Part shown: positions 36,840 to 47,224 of the stretch, in pieces
Numbering within the stretch: position 1 is the first letter of the stretch
Layout: every line of letters starts with the position of its first letter
DNA from: an uncultured Flavobacteriales bacterium
Lineage (GTDB): Bacteria > Bacteroidota > Bacteroidia > CAIKAF01
Direction: 5' to 3'
Length of the DNA stretch: 64,000 bases
NCBI GenBank assembly: GCA_903837495.1
Contig: CAILUT010000005.1
Coordinates: 43,782 to 107,781 of the forward strand
Notes under the pieces: model-generated
Database searches by the model: none
Told to the model about the DNA's origin: nothing
Seen by the model: only the letters and a program-made list of their open reading frames with translations
Position numbers and translations under genes: made by a program

Positions 36840-39512
36840 TTACGATTTTTCGGCTGAACCCTTAGCCCACTCTAACAGCTGCCGGGTAAGCGATTCTATT
36901 TTAAACAAGGCATCGGCTTCTTTTTGCCGCTCAATAGCCACCACCTCTGGCTTTGCATTGGCCACAAAACGTTCGTTGCTTAGTTTTTTGCGCACACTTT
37001 CAACAAAACCCTCTAAGTAGGTTTTTTCCTTTTCAATGCGTTCAATTTCGGCCGCCGCATCCATATATCCCCCTGCAGGAATGCTACACGTCCATTGCTT
37101 TACCTGAAAGGAAAACACTTCTCTTGGGGCCGGGTCTTGGGTATTTACAAAAGACACATGGGCCAAATGCCGAAGTATTGACTCTAGGTTAGAATCCCAA
37201 TGAATGTGTTCGGTGCCCGAAACAAAAAGGGTTAATGGGTCTTTCATGGGTATGCCCTGTTGCTGCCGAACAGCCCTAACTTGGGTAATAACCTCGAACA
37301 TCAATTCCATTTTCGCTAAGAACTCAAGGTTAAAGGAATGTGCCGCTTGTGGCAAGAGTTCAACCATCAGGCTTTTTCCATGGGCACGATGGCGTAATCC
37401 TTGCCAAATTTCTTCTGTAATAAAGGGAATAAATGGGTGCAACAAGGCACAGAGCTGCTCTAACCGTGCCGTCGCAGCCTTAAGTCCCGCTTCTGAAAGT
37501 CGGAATCCAAATGCAGGCTTCAACATTTCTAAGTACCAACTGCAAAAATCATCCCAGGTAAGTTTGTAGACTGTCATCAGGGCTTCGCTGATTCGAAATT
37601 GTTCAAATTGCTGATTCAACTTCGCAGAAACCTCTTGTAAGCGCTCGCTCATCCAAGCTTCAGCCAGGCTAAGGCGTTCCGTTTCTAAAGGGTCTATGGA
37701 TAATTCCGAATCCTGTTGTTGCTGCTTCCAGTGCACAACCAAACGGTAGGCATTCCAAAGTTTATGGGTAAAATTCCGCCCTTGTTGGCACAAATTCTCA
37801 TTAAAAAGCAAATCGTTGCCCGCAGGGGCACTCAACAGCATGCCTACTCGAACTCCATCTGCACCGTGTACTCGAATAAGGGCAAGGGGGTCGGGAGAAT
37901 TTCCAAGGCTTTTTGACATTTTTCGCCGCTGGTCGTCGCGAACAATACCTGTAAAGTACACGTTTTTAAACGGCGCCTTTCCTTGAAAAGCATACCCGGC
38001 CATCACCATTCGAGCCACCCAAAAGAACATAATCTCAGGTGCGGTAACCAAATCGTTGGTCGGATAATAATAGGAAATCTCTGGATTGCCCGGCGATTTG
38101 AATCCATCAAAAACAGAAATGGGCCACAACCAAGAGCTAAACCAGGTATCCAACACATCTTCATCTTGATTCAGCTGGCTAAAACTGGGGTTCAGGGCGG
38201 CCATTTTTTCTTTTGCCTCGGACTCTGTCAAGGCCACCACTGCATTTCCATGCTCATCGTACCAGGCCGGAATCCGCTGTCCCCACCAAAGTTGGCGGCT
38301 GATGCACCAATCTTTTATGTTTTCTATCCAATGCCGGTAGGTGTTTTTAAACTTCGCGGGATGAAATTGGATTTCATCTTGCATAACGGCATCCAACACC
38401 TGCGGGTATTTTTGCATGAAGGCCTGCATGTTGACAAACCATTGCAGAGAAAGTCGAGGCTCAATAACCGCTTGAGTTCGTTCAGAATGCCCAAGCTGTT
38501 GAGCGTACTCTTCTGTTTTGACCAACAAGCCCTGGCTATCGGCCGTCTGGGCAACCGCTTTCCTTGCCTCGAATCGATCCATGCCGGCAAAGCGGCCTGC
38601 CAGCTCGGTTAGAAGTCCCGTTTCAGTAAACACATCGGGGGCTGTAAGTCCATGCCGTTGGCCCAGCGCATAATCGTTGGGGTCGTGGGCGGGGGTTACT
38701 TTTAAGCAACCCGTTCCAAAATCGGCACTTACATAATCGTCGGCAATGATGGGAACCCATACATCGGTGAGGGGCACCCGCACCTTTTTACCGATCCAAT
38801 TTGTGTAGCGATCGTCCTGGGGGTTTACGCAAACGGCCACGTCCGCAAATATAGTTTCAGGACGGCTGGTCGCTACTACAATATAGCTGCCTGGGGTTTC
38901 CCCTTCATATTTTAAGTAATACAGAATCCCAGATACTTCTTTGTGAATCACTTCCTCATCCGACAAAGCAGTACGGCCTACGGGATCCCAGTTTACCATG
39001 CGCAGGCCCCGGTAAATTAATCCTTGCTCATGCAATCGAACAAACACTTCTTGCACTGCCAAGCTTAAATCGGGCTCCATGGTAAATCGAGTGCGGTCCC
39101 AATCGCAAGAGGCCCCTAACTTTTTCAACTGCTCTAAAATAATGCCCCCGTATTTTTCTTTCCATTCCCAGGCATGGTCTAAAAAAGCCGCTCTACCTAT
39201 CTCTCTTTTTTTAATGCCTTTTTCCCGCAGCAAGGCCACAACTTTGGCTTCGGTGGCAATGGAGGCATGGTCGGTACCGGGAACCCAGCAGGCGTTTTTT
39301 GATTGCATGCGGGCACGGCGAACGAGTACATCTTGTATGGTATTGTTGAGCATGTGCCCCATGTGCAGAACCCCCGTTACATTGGGCGGGGGAATCACAA
39401 TGGTGTAGGGCTCCCTGTGGTCGGGGGTCGATTTAAAGTACCCCTGGCTTAACCAATACGAATACCAATAATCTTCCCGCTGATTCGATTCAAACTGCTT
39501 TGAAATTTCCAT
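36840..39512 (-). CDS. valS: valine--tRNA ligase
   Basis: HMGHMLNN (HIGH), KMSKSLGN (KMSKS), about 890 aa, C-terminal coiled coil. Confidence 0.95.
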   Translation of the reverse strand: MEISKQFESNQREDYWYSYWLSQGYFKSTPDHREPYTIVIPPPNVTGVLHMGHMLNNTIQDVLVRRARMQSKNACWVPGTDHASIATEAKVVALLREKGIKKREIGRAAFLDHAWEWKEKYGGIILEQLKKLGASCDWDRTRFTMEPDLSLAVQEVFVRLHEQGLIYRGLRMVNWDPVGRTALSDEEVIHKEVSGILYYLKYEGETPGSYIVVATSRPETIFADVAVCVNPQDDRYTNWIGKKVRVPLTDVWVPIIADDYVSADFGTGCLKVTPAHDPNDYALGQRHGLTAPDVFTETGLLTELAGRFAGMDRFEARKAVAQTADSQGLLVKTEEYAQQLGHSERTQAVIEPRLSLQWFVNMQAFMQKYPQVLDAVMQDEIQFHPAKFKNTYRHWIENIKDWCISRQLWWGQRIPAWYDEHGNAVVALTESEAKEKMAALNPSFSQLNQDEDVLDTWFSSWLWPISVFDGFKSPGNPEISYYYPTNDLVTAPEIMFFWVARMVMAGYAFQGKAPFKNVYFTGIVRDDQRRKMSKSLGNSPDPLALIRVHGADGVRVGMLLSAPAGNDLLFNENLCQQGRNFTHKLWNAYRLVVHWKQQQQDSELSIDPLETERLSLAEAWMSERLQEVSAKLNQQFEQFRISEALMTVYKLTWDDFCSWYLEMLKPAFGFRLSEAGLKAATARLEQLCALLHPFIPFITEEIWQGLRHRAHGKSLMVELLPQAAHSFNLEFLAKMELMFEVITQVRAVRQQQGIPMKDPLTLFVSGTEHIHWDSNLESILRHLAHVSFVNTQDPAPREVFSFQVKQWTCSIPAGGYMDAAAEIERIEKEKTYLEGFVESVRKKLSNERFVANAKPEVVAIERQKEADALFKIESLTRQLLEWAKGSAEKS

Positions 39513-39632
39513 GGCGTGGGTCTGCTTAATGGGCCAAAAGTACTACGAATTTTGCTGGTTTTAGGGCAAATGCAACGGAAGGAAAGCACATTCATTTGGC
39601 TGGGCAGATTTTAAAAACACCCTTTTTAGCTG

Positions 39633-39660
39633 AAAAAACGCAAGCTCTTTTGCGGTTAAT
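39633..39660 (-). terminator. candidate rho-independent terminator (minus strand) between deoC and valS
   Basis: CGCAAAAGAGCTTGCG hairpin followed by TTTTTT when read on the minus strand. Confidence 0.4.
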
Positions 39661-39877
39661 ATCCTACGAAAACCGCCTTTGATGGTTTTTTACCCTAGAG
39701 CCCACCGCCATGCAGGCCGTTTTTTCAGGAACAACAAAAGACAGCAGATTGCTTGCGGAAAAAGGGCCCCGATGTGGCTATGGGTTATGGCCTTTGGCTC
39801 GGCGGGGGGCGGCCTACTCAAACAAGAACCCTGAAATTCCACTTCGCCATTCAAGGGAAAAGGGCGTGTTGTCGGCC

Positions 39878-40618
39878 CTAAGGTGCAATTCCTGCCGACC
39901 TTAAAAGGTCATTGGCCAGGCCACTTGCTCCAATCCGAAACGAACCTGAATGGGCGGTTTTTCCGGTCTGGCTTTCAAAAATGTCTATGTACCGTACTGC
40001 GGTTTCCCGGTCGCGTATTCCGCCCGAGACCTTTAATCCGGCTGTGGGATTTGTCTTGGCAATAGCGGTGCAAAAAATTTGGGCCGCCAATTCGGTAGCG
40101 CCCTTTGGAATTTTGCCGGTCGATGTTTTCAAAAAATCAGCTCCAGCAGCCAGCGCATAGCAAGCCATGTTGTACAGCAAGGCTTCGTCTTCAATTTGTC
40201 CGCTTTCCAAAATCACCTTTAAAGGGATTGGTCCACAGGCTTCTCGAGCTATACATACTTCTTCAAACACCGATTGCCCTTGGCTAAAAAGGGCAGCCCC
40301 TCTGTCAATTACCCAGTCTATTTCGTTGGCTCCGGCATCAATAGCCCGCCGGGTTTCTATGGACTTCAGGCTAGGCTCGGCCTTTCCCGAAGGAAAGTTG
40401 CCCGCAACAGCAGCAAGGGGTATAGGAAGGTCCTGAATGCCCTTTCGAGCGGCCCCCAGCAAAGGAGCATAGACGCAAATGGCCGCAGGCATAAACCGGC
40501 CCTCGGTGGCTCTGCACACCCGTGCAATCTCCCCGGTCCAATTCAATATACTGATGGGCGTATCTAAATCACCCAAAGCGGTAATGTCTAAAAGGCCATA
40601 CAACCGTTCATCTTTCAT
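39878..40618 (-). CDS. deoC: deoxyribose-phosphate aldolase
   Basis: DeoC family TIM barrel: KVILE...LKTSTGK Schiff-base lysine region, ADFLKTSTG. Confidence 0.75.
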   Translation of the reverse strand: MKDERLYGLLDITALGDLDTPISILNWTGEIARVCRATEGRFMPAAICVYAPLLGAARKGIQDLPIPLAAVAGNFPSGKAEPSLKSIETRRAIDAGANEIDWVIDRGAALFSQGQSVFEEVCIAREACGPIPLKVILESGQIEDEALLYNMACYALAAGADFLKTSTGKIPKGATELAAQIFCTAIAKTNPTAGLKVSGGIRDRETAVRYIDIFESQTGKTAHSGSFRIGASGLANDLLRSAGIAP

Positions 40619-40701
40619 AGCACAAATTTATTTTATTTGCGTGCCACTGCCTATATCCGCTTTTTTTTCAACAGTCCTTACAATTTCTTTAATTTGCAGC
40701 T

Positions 40702-42423
40702 ATGAGCTTAGAGAAAACATGGATTGATGTTCCCCCACCCTTGGAACAGGACACAACAGAGTTGGCTTTGGCCATACGGAGTAGTCCGACGGTGGCTCGC
40801 TTGCTTTTGCAGCGCGGTGTTTCCACTTTTGAAGAGGCGAAATTGTATTTCAATCCGGGAAAAGAAGGGCTTTTGCCGCCCTTGTTGATGAAAAACATGG
40901 ATAAGGCCGTTGGGAAAGTCCTTGAAACCATGAAAGGCGGAGGCCTAATTCGGTTTTACGGGGATTACGATGTAGATGGCACAACCTCGGCCTCCATGAT
41001 GTATTGGCATTTTCGACAGCATTTTAAGTACGATACCGTAGATTATTATACTCCCGACAGGTATAAAGAGGGGTATGGAGTTTCTGAAATAGGGGTGCTG
41101 CATGCCTTAGATTCTGGTGTTGAATTGCTGATAACGCTGGATTGTGGAATAAAAGACAAAGCCGCATTGACTTTAGCCGCAATGAAGGGGCTGCCGGTTA
41201 TTGTATGCGACCACCACCGGCCGGGGGCTACACTGCCCCCCAGCCTTGCCATTCTAAATCCCAAGCAAGCCGGTTGCCCGTATCCGTATAAGGAGTTAAG
41301 CGGTTGTGGAGTTGGATTCAAGTTGTTGATGGCCCTAAACGAAGCGCTGGGCATGGGCGAAACCGGCTTGGATGAAGCCCTGCAGTTTGCGGCGGTTTCA
41401 ACCTGTTGCGACATTGTAGAGATGAAAGGCGAGAACCGCTGCATCACGGCTTTAGGACTGGAGGGTTTAAACAGCAACCCTTTGCCTGGATTCAAAATTA
41501 TGAAGGAGCGGTCAGGGAAGGAAAAGGCGTTTAAGGTAGAAGATGTGGTTTTTATCTTGGGGCCCCGCATCAATGCGGCAGGACGGATTTCGCATGCCCA
41601 CGGTGCCATAGAACTGTTGACGGCCCAAGAAGGAGATGAGCGGTTGGAGTCTTGGTGGCAAGCCATTCAGGAACACAATGCGGCCCGAAGGGTGTTGGAC
41701 CAGCAAATTACCCGCGAGGCGCTGGAGGAATTGGATACCGAAGTGCAGCGGGCGAAAAAATCAACGGTGGTTTTTCGACCTACCTGGCATAAAGGGGTGG
41801 TGGGAATCGTAGCCTCTCGCTTGATTGAACGCTATTACCGCCCCACAGTGGTGTTGACCGAAAGTCAAGGCTTGTTGACTGGATCGGCTCGGACTTCTGG
41901 AAATTTTGATGTGTATGAAGCCCTCTTAGCCTGTTCCGATTTGCTGACAAAATTCGGGGGACACACCCATGCCGCAGGTTTGAGCCTGATGCCCGAACAA
42001 CTGTCGGCTTTCGAGGCCGAATTTGAACGGGTGGTGGAAGAGCGGATTCTGCCTGAAGACCAACGCCCCGGAATCTGGATTGATGCTCCGCTGCCTCCAG
42101 AACTTATTAACCGAAGATTGTTTCAGGTGCTTGAACGCATGGACCCCTGTGGCCCTTCCAATTTGTCGCCGGTTTTTCGCTCTGGAAGGGTGCGGGCCAT
42201 ACCTGATTCCGTTCGAGTACTGAAAGACGAACACCTGAAGTTGGTTTTAATGGAACCCGATGCCGAAGGGAATGCCTTGTCGGCCATTGGTTTTGGAATG
42301 GCAGCCTTGGCTCCTCTGGTGGGAGCCGGAAACGGGTTTGAATTGGCTTTTACTTTGTCTGAAAACACATGGAATGGGGTGAGCTCTTTGCAGTTGATGA
42401 TTAAAGACATCCAAGCAAGGTAG
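40702..42423 (+). CDS. recJ: single-stranded-DNA-specific exonuclease RecJ
   Basis: DHH motifs (GDYDVDGTTS, VCDHHRP), DHHA1 domain with GGHTHAAG. 573 aa. Confidence 0.9.
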   Translation: MSLEKTWIDVPPPLEQDTTELALAIRSSPTVARLLLQRGVSTFEEAKLYFNPGKEGLLPPLLMKNMDKAVGKVLETMKGGGLIRFYGDYDVDGTTSASMMYWHFRQHFKYDTVDYYTPDRYKEGYGVSEIGVLHALDSGVELLITLDCGIKDKAALTLAAMKGLPVIVCDHHRPGATLPPSLAILNPKQAGCPYPYKELSGCGVGFKLLMALNEALGMGETGLDEALQFAAVSTCCDIVEMKGENRCITALGLEGLNSNPLPGFKIMKERSGKEKAFKVEDVVFILGPRINAAGRISHAHGAIELLTAQEGDERLESWWQAIQEHNAARRVLDQQITREALEELDTEVQRAKKSTVVFRPTWHKGVVGIVASRLIERYYRPTVVLTESQGLLTGSARTSGNFDVYEALLACSDLLTKFGGHTHAAGLSLMPEQLSAFEAEFERVVEERILPEDQRPGIWIDAPLPPELINRRLFQVLERMDPCGPSNLSPVFRSGRVRAIPDSVRVLKDEHLKLVLMEPDAEGNALSAIGFGMAALAPLVGAGNGFELAFTLSENTWNGVSSLQLMIKDIQAR

Positions 42424-42457
42424 GCCCGAAAAACACCTCAGTGCCGGCAGTTGCTCC

Positions 42458-43594
42458 CTATTTCCCCTGAACCCTAGTTAAACCTTGCTGAGCCAAAGCC
42501 ATTTGAGGGTCAAGAGCCAAAGCCGCCTGATAGGCTTGCCTTGCCTCAGATTTTTGACCTAGAAATTCCAAGCAAAATCCCCGATGGTATTGGGCCTGAA
42601 TAAATTCGGGGTCTAAATTCAGGGCTTTGTCGAACCAGACCAAGGCTTCATCGGCTTTGTTTTTTTCAAAAAGCAATAAAAACCCCAGGTTGTGCATGGA
42701 GGGTACATGCTGGGGGTCCAATTCCAGCAGCTGCAAATAGGTGCTCATGGCCTCCGTTACCCGGCCGGTTTGCTGGTAATAATAGGCCAAGGCGTAATAG
42801 CTTTCTTGCTTCGAGGGGTTTACGTCAATGGCATTTTTAAAATACAGAATGGCTAGGTCAGACCGTTTTGCGGCATGCAACTGCCCCAGCTGAATCCAAG
42901 CATGAAAATAACCGGGGTCTTGTTCGGTAGCCGTTTGAAAGGAGGAAATGGCCAATCCCGTATCGCCCATTTCTTTAAAGGCCATTCCTTTGGTAAAATA
43001 GGCCCGAGGTTGGTAGGGATTTTGGCGGATTACCACATCAAGATGCTTAAAGGTTTCAGGGTATTTCCCCAAATAATACTGCAATTCGGCCATACGCAAA
43101 TTGGCGTCAGCCCCTTCAGGTTCTATGGCTAGGGCCTTTTCAATTTGCATGGCGGCATCTTCCACCTTTTTGGTGGTAAACGACAAATCGGCCAAATGCA
43201 GCCAGATGTCGGCCCGCAAGGAATCAATGCTTAAGGCTTGGTTGGCATCGTTGCTGGCTTTATCGAAAAGTTGGTTTCGGGCAAAATACCGAGAACGAGC
43301 AAACCAGGCATCTGGATTTTGTGGCTGAGCTTCAATTTGGGCATTCAAACGAAGCAGCTCGGCGGCAGAATCCACCACCGCTTCGACTCCGTCGGGTTTT
43401 GATGTGCAACCGGAACTGCCCGTTCCAAACAATAAAAGCCCCAGAATTCCTAAGCCCGATGCGAACAGGGCGAATGAAGGCAGCCCAAACCAAGGTGTGC
43501 TCAATGCATTGAATTTGACGTAAAGATAAGAAGCCCTGCCCAGCGTTCCACTATTTTGCATAAAAGTAGGAATGAACCCCGATTTGGCCCGCAT
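42458..43594 (-). CDS. tetratricopeptide repeat protein (probable lipoprotein)
   Basis: Seven or more TPR units (…AWIQLGQLHAAKRSDLAILYFKNAIDVNP…). Cys after the hydrophobic leader. Start uncertain. Confidence 0.65.
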   Translation of the reverse strand: MRAKSGFIPTFMQNSGTLGRASYLYVKFNALSTPWFGLPSFALFASGLGILGLLLFGTGSSGCTSKPDGVEAVVDSAAELLRLNAQIEAQPQNPDAWFARSRYFARNQLFDKASNDANQALSIDSLRADIWLHLADLSFTTKKVEDAAMQIEKALAIEPEGADANLRMAELQYYLGKYPETFKHLDVVIRQNPYQPRAYFTKGMAFKEMGDTGLAISSFQTATEQDPGYFHAWIQLGQLHAAKRSDLAILYFKNAIDVNPSKQESYYALAYYYQQTGRVTEAMSTYLQLLELDPQHVPSMHNLGFLLLFEKNKADEALVWFDKALNLDPEFIQAQYHRGFCLEFLGQKSEARQAYQAALALDPQMALAQQGLTRVQGK

Positions 43595-44668
43595 TTATCC
43601 CGGCTGCTTTTCCCAAAAAAAACTCAGGTTTAGCATCAAGGCCCAGTTGTGCGGGCCCATTGTAGCGGTTGCCGCCGAAAGCACATGCATGTAACGGCCC
43701 TCTAAGCCCAATCGAACAAAAGAGCTGGGCGAATAGCACAGGTTGGCGCTGCTTGAAAGCAGCCTTAAGTTTGGGGCCCAATATCCCAGCGCTTGCCGCC
43801 CTTCGGGGTCGTGGTAGTAATCGGCACGAAGGGCTGATGACCAGCGGGCAGACCATTTCTTTTGAACCACCCCTCCAATATAAAACCAGGGTTTCCAGCC
43901 CAAGCCTGCAGCGTTTTCCAACCCCACATCGGCAATGCCCCAAAGGGCAAATCCGCGGCCCGCCTTCCATCGAATCCAGGTGTTTTGAAACAAACGCGGG
44001 CTGTTGGCTGAATCGGGCAAGGCATGCCCATAAAAGCCCCCATGGCTTAGGGTTAACGAGTCGGAAGGATTCCACTCCACAAGCCAACCAAAGCCCGGAT
44101 GAGTGTAGGCGTCGGGCATGCGGATGCGTTGCCAGCCGTTGTTGATCCAAGCCTGAAGTTTTAATTGAGTATTGGGAGTCCATTCCAGCCGAGCTCCCGT
44201 TAAGTAGTACGGCGATTGTTCGGACGAGGTAGAACGGCCCAAGCAAGGGTTGGACAAAGGAAGCAAGGATTCGGCGCCCAAATAGCTTTGAAAAATACCG
44301 GCATCCAGCCACAGGTTTGACCCGAGTTTTATTCCCGCATTGGCTTCAAAAATGGATTGAAGGGGCGCGGGTTCGGCCGCGAGATTGGTTTCTACATAGC
44401 TGCCGGCCATCAAAGCGAATCGGCCTCGGAATTTATCGTAGTCCAACACCAGTCCGGCAACGGCCAAGTTAAGGGCGACTTCTCCGTTGCGGTGGTGGTT
44501 GAATAAAAAGTCGGGACGGGTGGTTGAGTCGGTTAGGCTTAGGTCTTTGCTCCAATACACGTCGGCCGCAGCCCAATAACCCAGTTTTTGGGCTTGGATT
44601 TTCAAGGTGGCAGTCCAAGCTATTGGCATCAAAAAAAGGCAGGCCTTGTTCAAAACAAAACGGCGCAT
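43595..44668 (-). CDS. putative outer-membrane beta-barrel (porin-like) protein
   Basis: Signal peptide, alternating amphipathic beta-strand pattern, C-terminal aromatic residue. Contiguous with the flanking genes as an operon. Confidence 0.45.
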   Translation of the reverse strand: MRRFVLNKACLFLMPIAWTATLKIQAQKLGYWAAADVYWSKDLSLTDSTTRPDFLFNHHRNGEVALNLAVAGLVLDYDKFRGRFALMAGSYVETNLAAEPAPLQSIFEANAGIKLGSNLWLDAGIFQSYLGAESLLPLSNPCLGRSTSSEQSPYYLTGARLEWTPNTQLKLQAWINNGWQRIRMPDAYTHPGFGWLVEWNPSDSLTLSHGGFYGHALPDSANSPRLFQNTWIRWKAGRGFALWGIADVGLENAAGLGWKPWFYIGGVVQKKWSARWSSALRADYYHDPEGRQALGYWAPNLRLLSSSANLCYSPSSFVRLGLEGRYMHVLSAATATMGPHNWALMLNLSFFWEKQPG

Positions 44669-45937
44669 TTATCTGGAATTTAGTTCGGTATAGCCCAGCA
44701 ATCGGTGTGCAATATCGCCGTTGTTTCGGGCATACACATAAATTTGATACTCGTTTTCGGTTTGGGCAAAATCGCCTTCGGTGGACATAAGTTCTGCCTG
44801 ATTTTTCCCCTTGGGCACCCAGCCATATAGGTAATTGTAGAGTCCTTGTTTTAGCGGAACAGACAGCATATATGCTTGGGTTCCGGGGTCATAGACCATT
44901 TTGTAGCGTACATCCAAATGTCCGTTGCTCATGCCGCCCAACAAATACACATCTCCATTTCCAAGGGGGGCCGAGGGCGCATAGATGAATTGGGTTTCGA
45001 TGTAATCTTCGTCCATGGAGCGGGTGTAATTTTGGCCTCTGAAATAAAAGCACTTTCCGTTCAAGTCGGGCAGGTCTCGGTAGGGGCTGCTGGCGCGAGG
45101 CAGTTCAGGCCGCAACAGGGCTTTCCATTTTCCTTTTTGTTCTTCGAAAGCCAGAACGGGCTCTCGAATTCCAATCAGGGATTTCAGGTCAAGGAGCCGA
45201 TACTGGTTGCCGCCACCAAAGGCATTTTCGCCACCTACGTGGTCAAAATACAAGGTTTTACTGTCAATAAACCGGGGTTTAATGTCCATTTTGGCGTTGT
45301 CCCAGCGGCGGTTTTGGGTGATGTGTACGATTAGATCTTCGTCGAGCAGGGGTAGATTTAAGCTGCCGGTGTTCAGGTTAAAAACCACCTCTTGGTGGCT
45401 AAGGCGAATCCGTGCCGAGCTGGCGTTTCGTACGGTGGCGGCCAGCTTAAGAACAGGTTGCAGCACAAAGCAGCGTTGCTGAAAAAGAATTTCGTCGGGA
45501 TTGTCGGTAGGAAAAACCTGAATCAGGTAATTGCCGGCCAAGGTAGGCCGCATGGATTCGTTTGGAAACCGGAACCAGTATTTGGTGTAGGGAGTGGTAG
45601 CGTTGTTTGAAAAGGCATAATCCAATATAGGTTGGATTTCGAAGCCCTGCATGTATTGCATAAAAAGCAGGTCGGTTTTTTTCCACATGGCCGAGCAGTG
45701 CAGCACCCGGTAACTTAAATCGCGGGTGTCGTGGTTCAGGTCGTCGAAGGAAACTTCAAGCTGCTGCTCGCTAAACAACTCCACAATAGGCGGCAGCAGG
45801 GGCTCCTCCGGTGGGTGAACCGAAGGACTCCAAATGCTGGACGAAAAAATCCGGTTTTCGGTTTGGGCCTGTATTTCAAACAAGGAAAGGCTTACAAGAA
45901 GCAGGCAAAACAAAAGCGTATTTAGAAAACGAGGCAT
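44669..45937 (-). CDS. hypothetical secreted protein (DUF; first gene of a 3-gene operon)
   Basis: Real start is MPRFLNTLLFCLLLVSLSLFEIQAQ at 45937. The 50-aa upstream extension in the ORF track is translation of GC-rich repeat copy C. Confidence 0.5.
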   Translation of the reverse strand: MPRFLNTLLFCLLLVSLSLFEIQAQTENRIFSSSIWSPSVHPPEEPLLPPIVELFSEQQLEVSFDDLNHDTRDLSYRVLHCSAMWKKTDLLFMQYMQGFEIQPILDYAFSNNATTPYTKYWFRFPNESMRPTLAGNYLIQVFPTDNPDEILFQQRCFVLQPVLKLAATVRNASSARIRLSHQEVVFNLNTGSLNLPLLDEDLIVHITQNRRWDNAKMDIKPRFIDSKTLYFDHVGGENAFGGGNQYRLLDLKSLIGIREPVLAFEEQKGKWKALLRPELPRASSPYRDLPDLNGKCFYFRGQNYTRSMDEDYIETQFIYAPSAPLGNGDVYLLGGMSNGHLDVRYKMVYDPGTQAYMLSVPLKQGLYNYLYGWVPKGKNQAELMSTEGDFAQTENEYQIYVYARNNGDIAHRLLGYTELNSR

Positions 45938-45967
45938 GGTATAAAGGTAAGGAGAGTTTGGGAATGA

Positions 45968-46118
45968 GGCGCCCCGGCCCCCGGATTGCAGCGGCAGGGG
46001 GCGGGTGCTGCGGGCAGGGCAGGGCCGCCGGGCGGAGGCGACTTTAGGAGCCCACGCACCGGCCAGCCCTGCCGCCCGCAGCACACGCACACTACAGCGG
46101 AAAGCCGGATAGGGCCCC
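45968..46118 (+). repeat. GC-rich nested-hairpin intergenic element, copy C (most diverged)
   Basis: Core GCGGAGGCGACTTTAGGAGCCCACGC. Long stem GGGTGCTGCGGGCAGGGCAGGGCC / GGCCAGCCCTGCCGCCCGCAGCAC. Sits in a divergent-promoter region. Confidence 0.55.
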
Positions 46119-46168
46119 CAATTAACAATTTATTTGCAGCAATTCTGCTGCGACTGCTTGGCATTCCG

Positions 46169-46176
46169 TACCTTTG
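46169..46176 (+). promoter_or_regulatory. Bacteroidetes -7 box TACCTTTG upstream of the LTD/T9SS-TBDR operon
   Basis: Exact TAnnTTTG 17 bp upstream of ATG 46193. Confidence 0.4.
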
Positions 46177-46192
46177 CCTCAAATACAATGCC

Positions 46193-47221
46193 ATGAAAAA
46201 ATACGTGCTTTCCTTACTTGCCTTTGGACTTAGCCTAAGCGCTTTTGCCCAAAATTGCTCCAATATTTTTATTTCGGAGTACGTGGAAGGGTCAGGCAAC
46301 AACAAAGCGCTGGAAATTTACAACCCAACCAACAACCCAGTTGATTTGGGCAACTATCGACTTATTCGGTACGACAATGGCAAGAATTTCGGGGAAGAAC
46401 TGATTACTCCCGATATGATTTTGAATTTTCCGGCAGGCACCCTGGTGGCTCCCAAAGACGTGCATGTTTTTGCTTTAAACCAAACAGACCCTTTGGGAAC
46501 CGGCCAAACCCAGCCCATCGATACCGCCCTGCAGAGCAAAACCGACGCGCTGTACTGCGACGGCTGCGCCCCCGGCAACAATTCTTGCCGCACCATGTGC
46601 TTTAACGGCGACGATGCCTTGGCCCTGCAGCAAATGAGCGAAGGCGGAACCTACATCAATGTGGATATTTTTGCCTGCGTAGGCGAACGCCCCAGCAACA
46701 ACACCGGCGGATTTTCGCCCACGGCCGGTTGGACCATCCTGCCCCCCTTCTCTTCTATGCCCAACAACTACGACAGCAATACCCAAGGACCTTATTTTCT
46801 GCAATATTGGACTCAAAACAAAACCCTGATCCGCAAACCAAACGTTACTCAAGGCGTTTCAGTAAACCCAAACCCACAGTCGTTCGACCCTTCGGTTCAA
46901 TGGGATTCCATTCCCGAAGATTCTTTCGATAGCCTTGGAACCCACGTGTGCGATTGCAATTTTATGACGCTGGAAACGGCTCCCGAGGCCTTTACCAAAA
47001 TTTCGCCCAACCCCACCGACAAGGTGCTGCATGTGCGGGCCGAAATCAACATGCGCCGCATTTTGATTCGGAATTTGACCGGTCAGGTCGTTGTGGCTCC
47101 GCTTGCCGTTTCAGGCCTTCAGGCCAGCTTAAACGTGGAGGCCCTAAGCTCTGCTATGTATTTGATTGAAATTCAGTACGAAAGCGGTTTGGTGCGCAGC
47201 CAGCGTTTTTCTAAACGGTAA
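46193..47221 (+). CDS. lamin-tail-domain (LTD)-like secreted protein with T9SS type-A C-terminal sorting domain
   Basis: Signal peptide MKKYVLSLLAFGLSLSAFAQ. NCSNIFISEYVEGSGNNKALEIYNPT LTD signature. C-terminus ISPNPTDKVLHV...MYLIEIQYESGLVRSQRF is a Por tail. Confidence 0.65.
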   Translation: MKKYVLSLLAFGLSLSAFAQNCSNIFISEYVEGSGNNKALEIYNPTNNPVDLGNYRLIRYDNGKNFGEELITPDMILNFPAGTLVAPKDVHVFALNQTDPLGTGQTQPIDTALQSKTDALYCDGCAPGNNSCRTMCFNGDDALALQQMSEGGTYINVDIFACVGERPSNNTGGFSPTAGWTILPPFSSMPNNYDSNTQGPYFLQYWTQNKTLIRKPNVTQGVSVNPNPQSFDPSVQWDSIPEDSFDSLGTHVCDCNFMTLETAPEAFTKISPNPTDKVLHVRAEINMRRILIRNLTGQVVVAPLAVSGLQASLNVEALSSAMYLIEIQYESGLVRSQRFSKR

Positions 47222-47224
47222 ACC

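Noticed and set aside
39655-39877. T-box or other riboswitch leader upstream of valS / downstream of deoC
   Set aside because: No T-box specifier/antiterminator (AGGGUGGNACCGCG) signature is visible. Only a simple hairpin + T-run terminator on the minus strand at 39633-39660.
44669-46090. Full 473-aa ORF including the N-terminal MRVLRAAGLAGAWAPKV... extension
   Set aside because: The first 51 codons are translation of GC-rich repeat copy C. A canonical signal-peptide start (MPRFLNTLLFCLLLVSLSL) lies at 45937, so the gene is 44669..45937.
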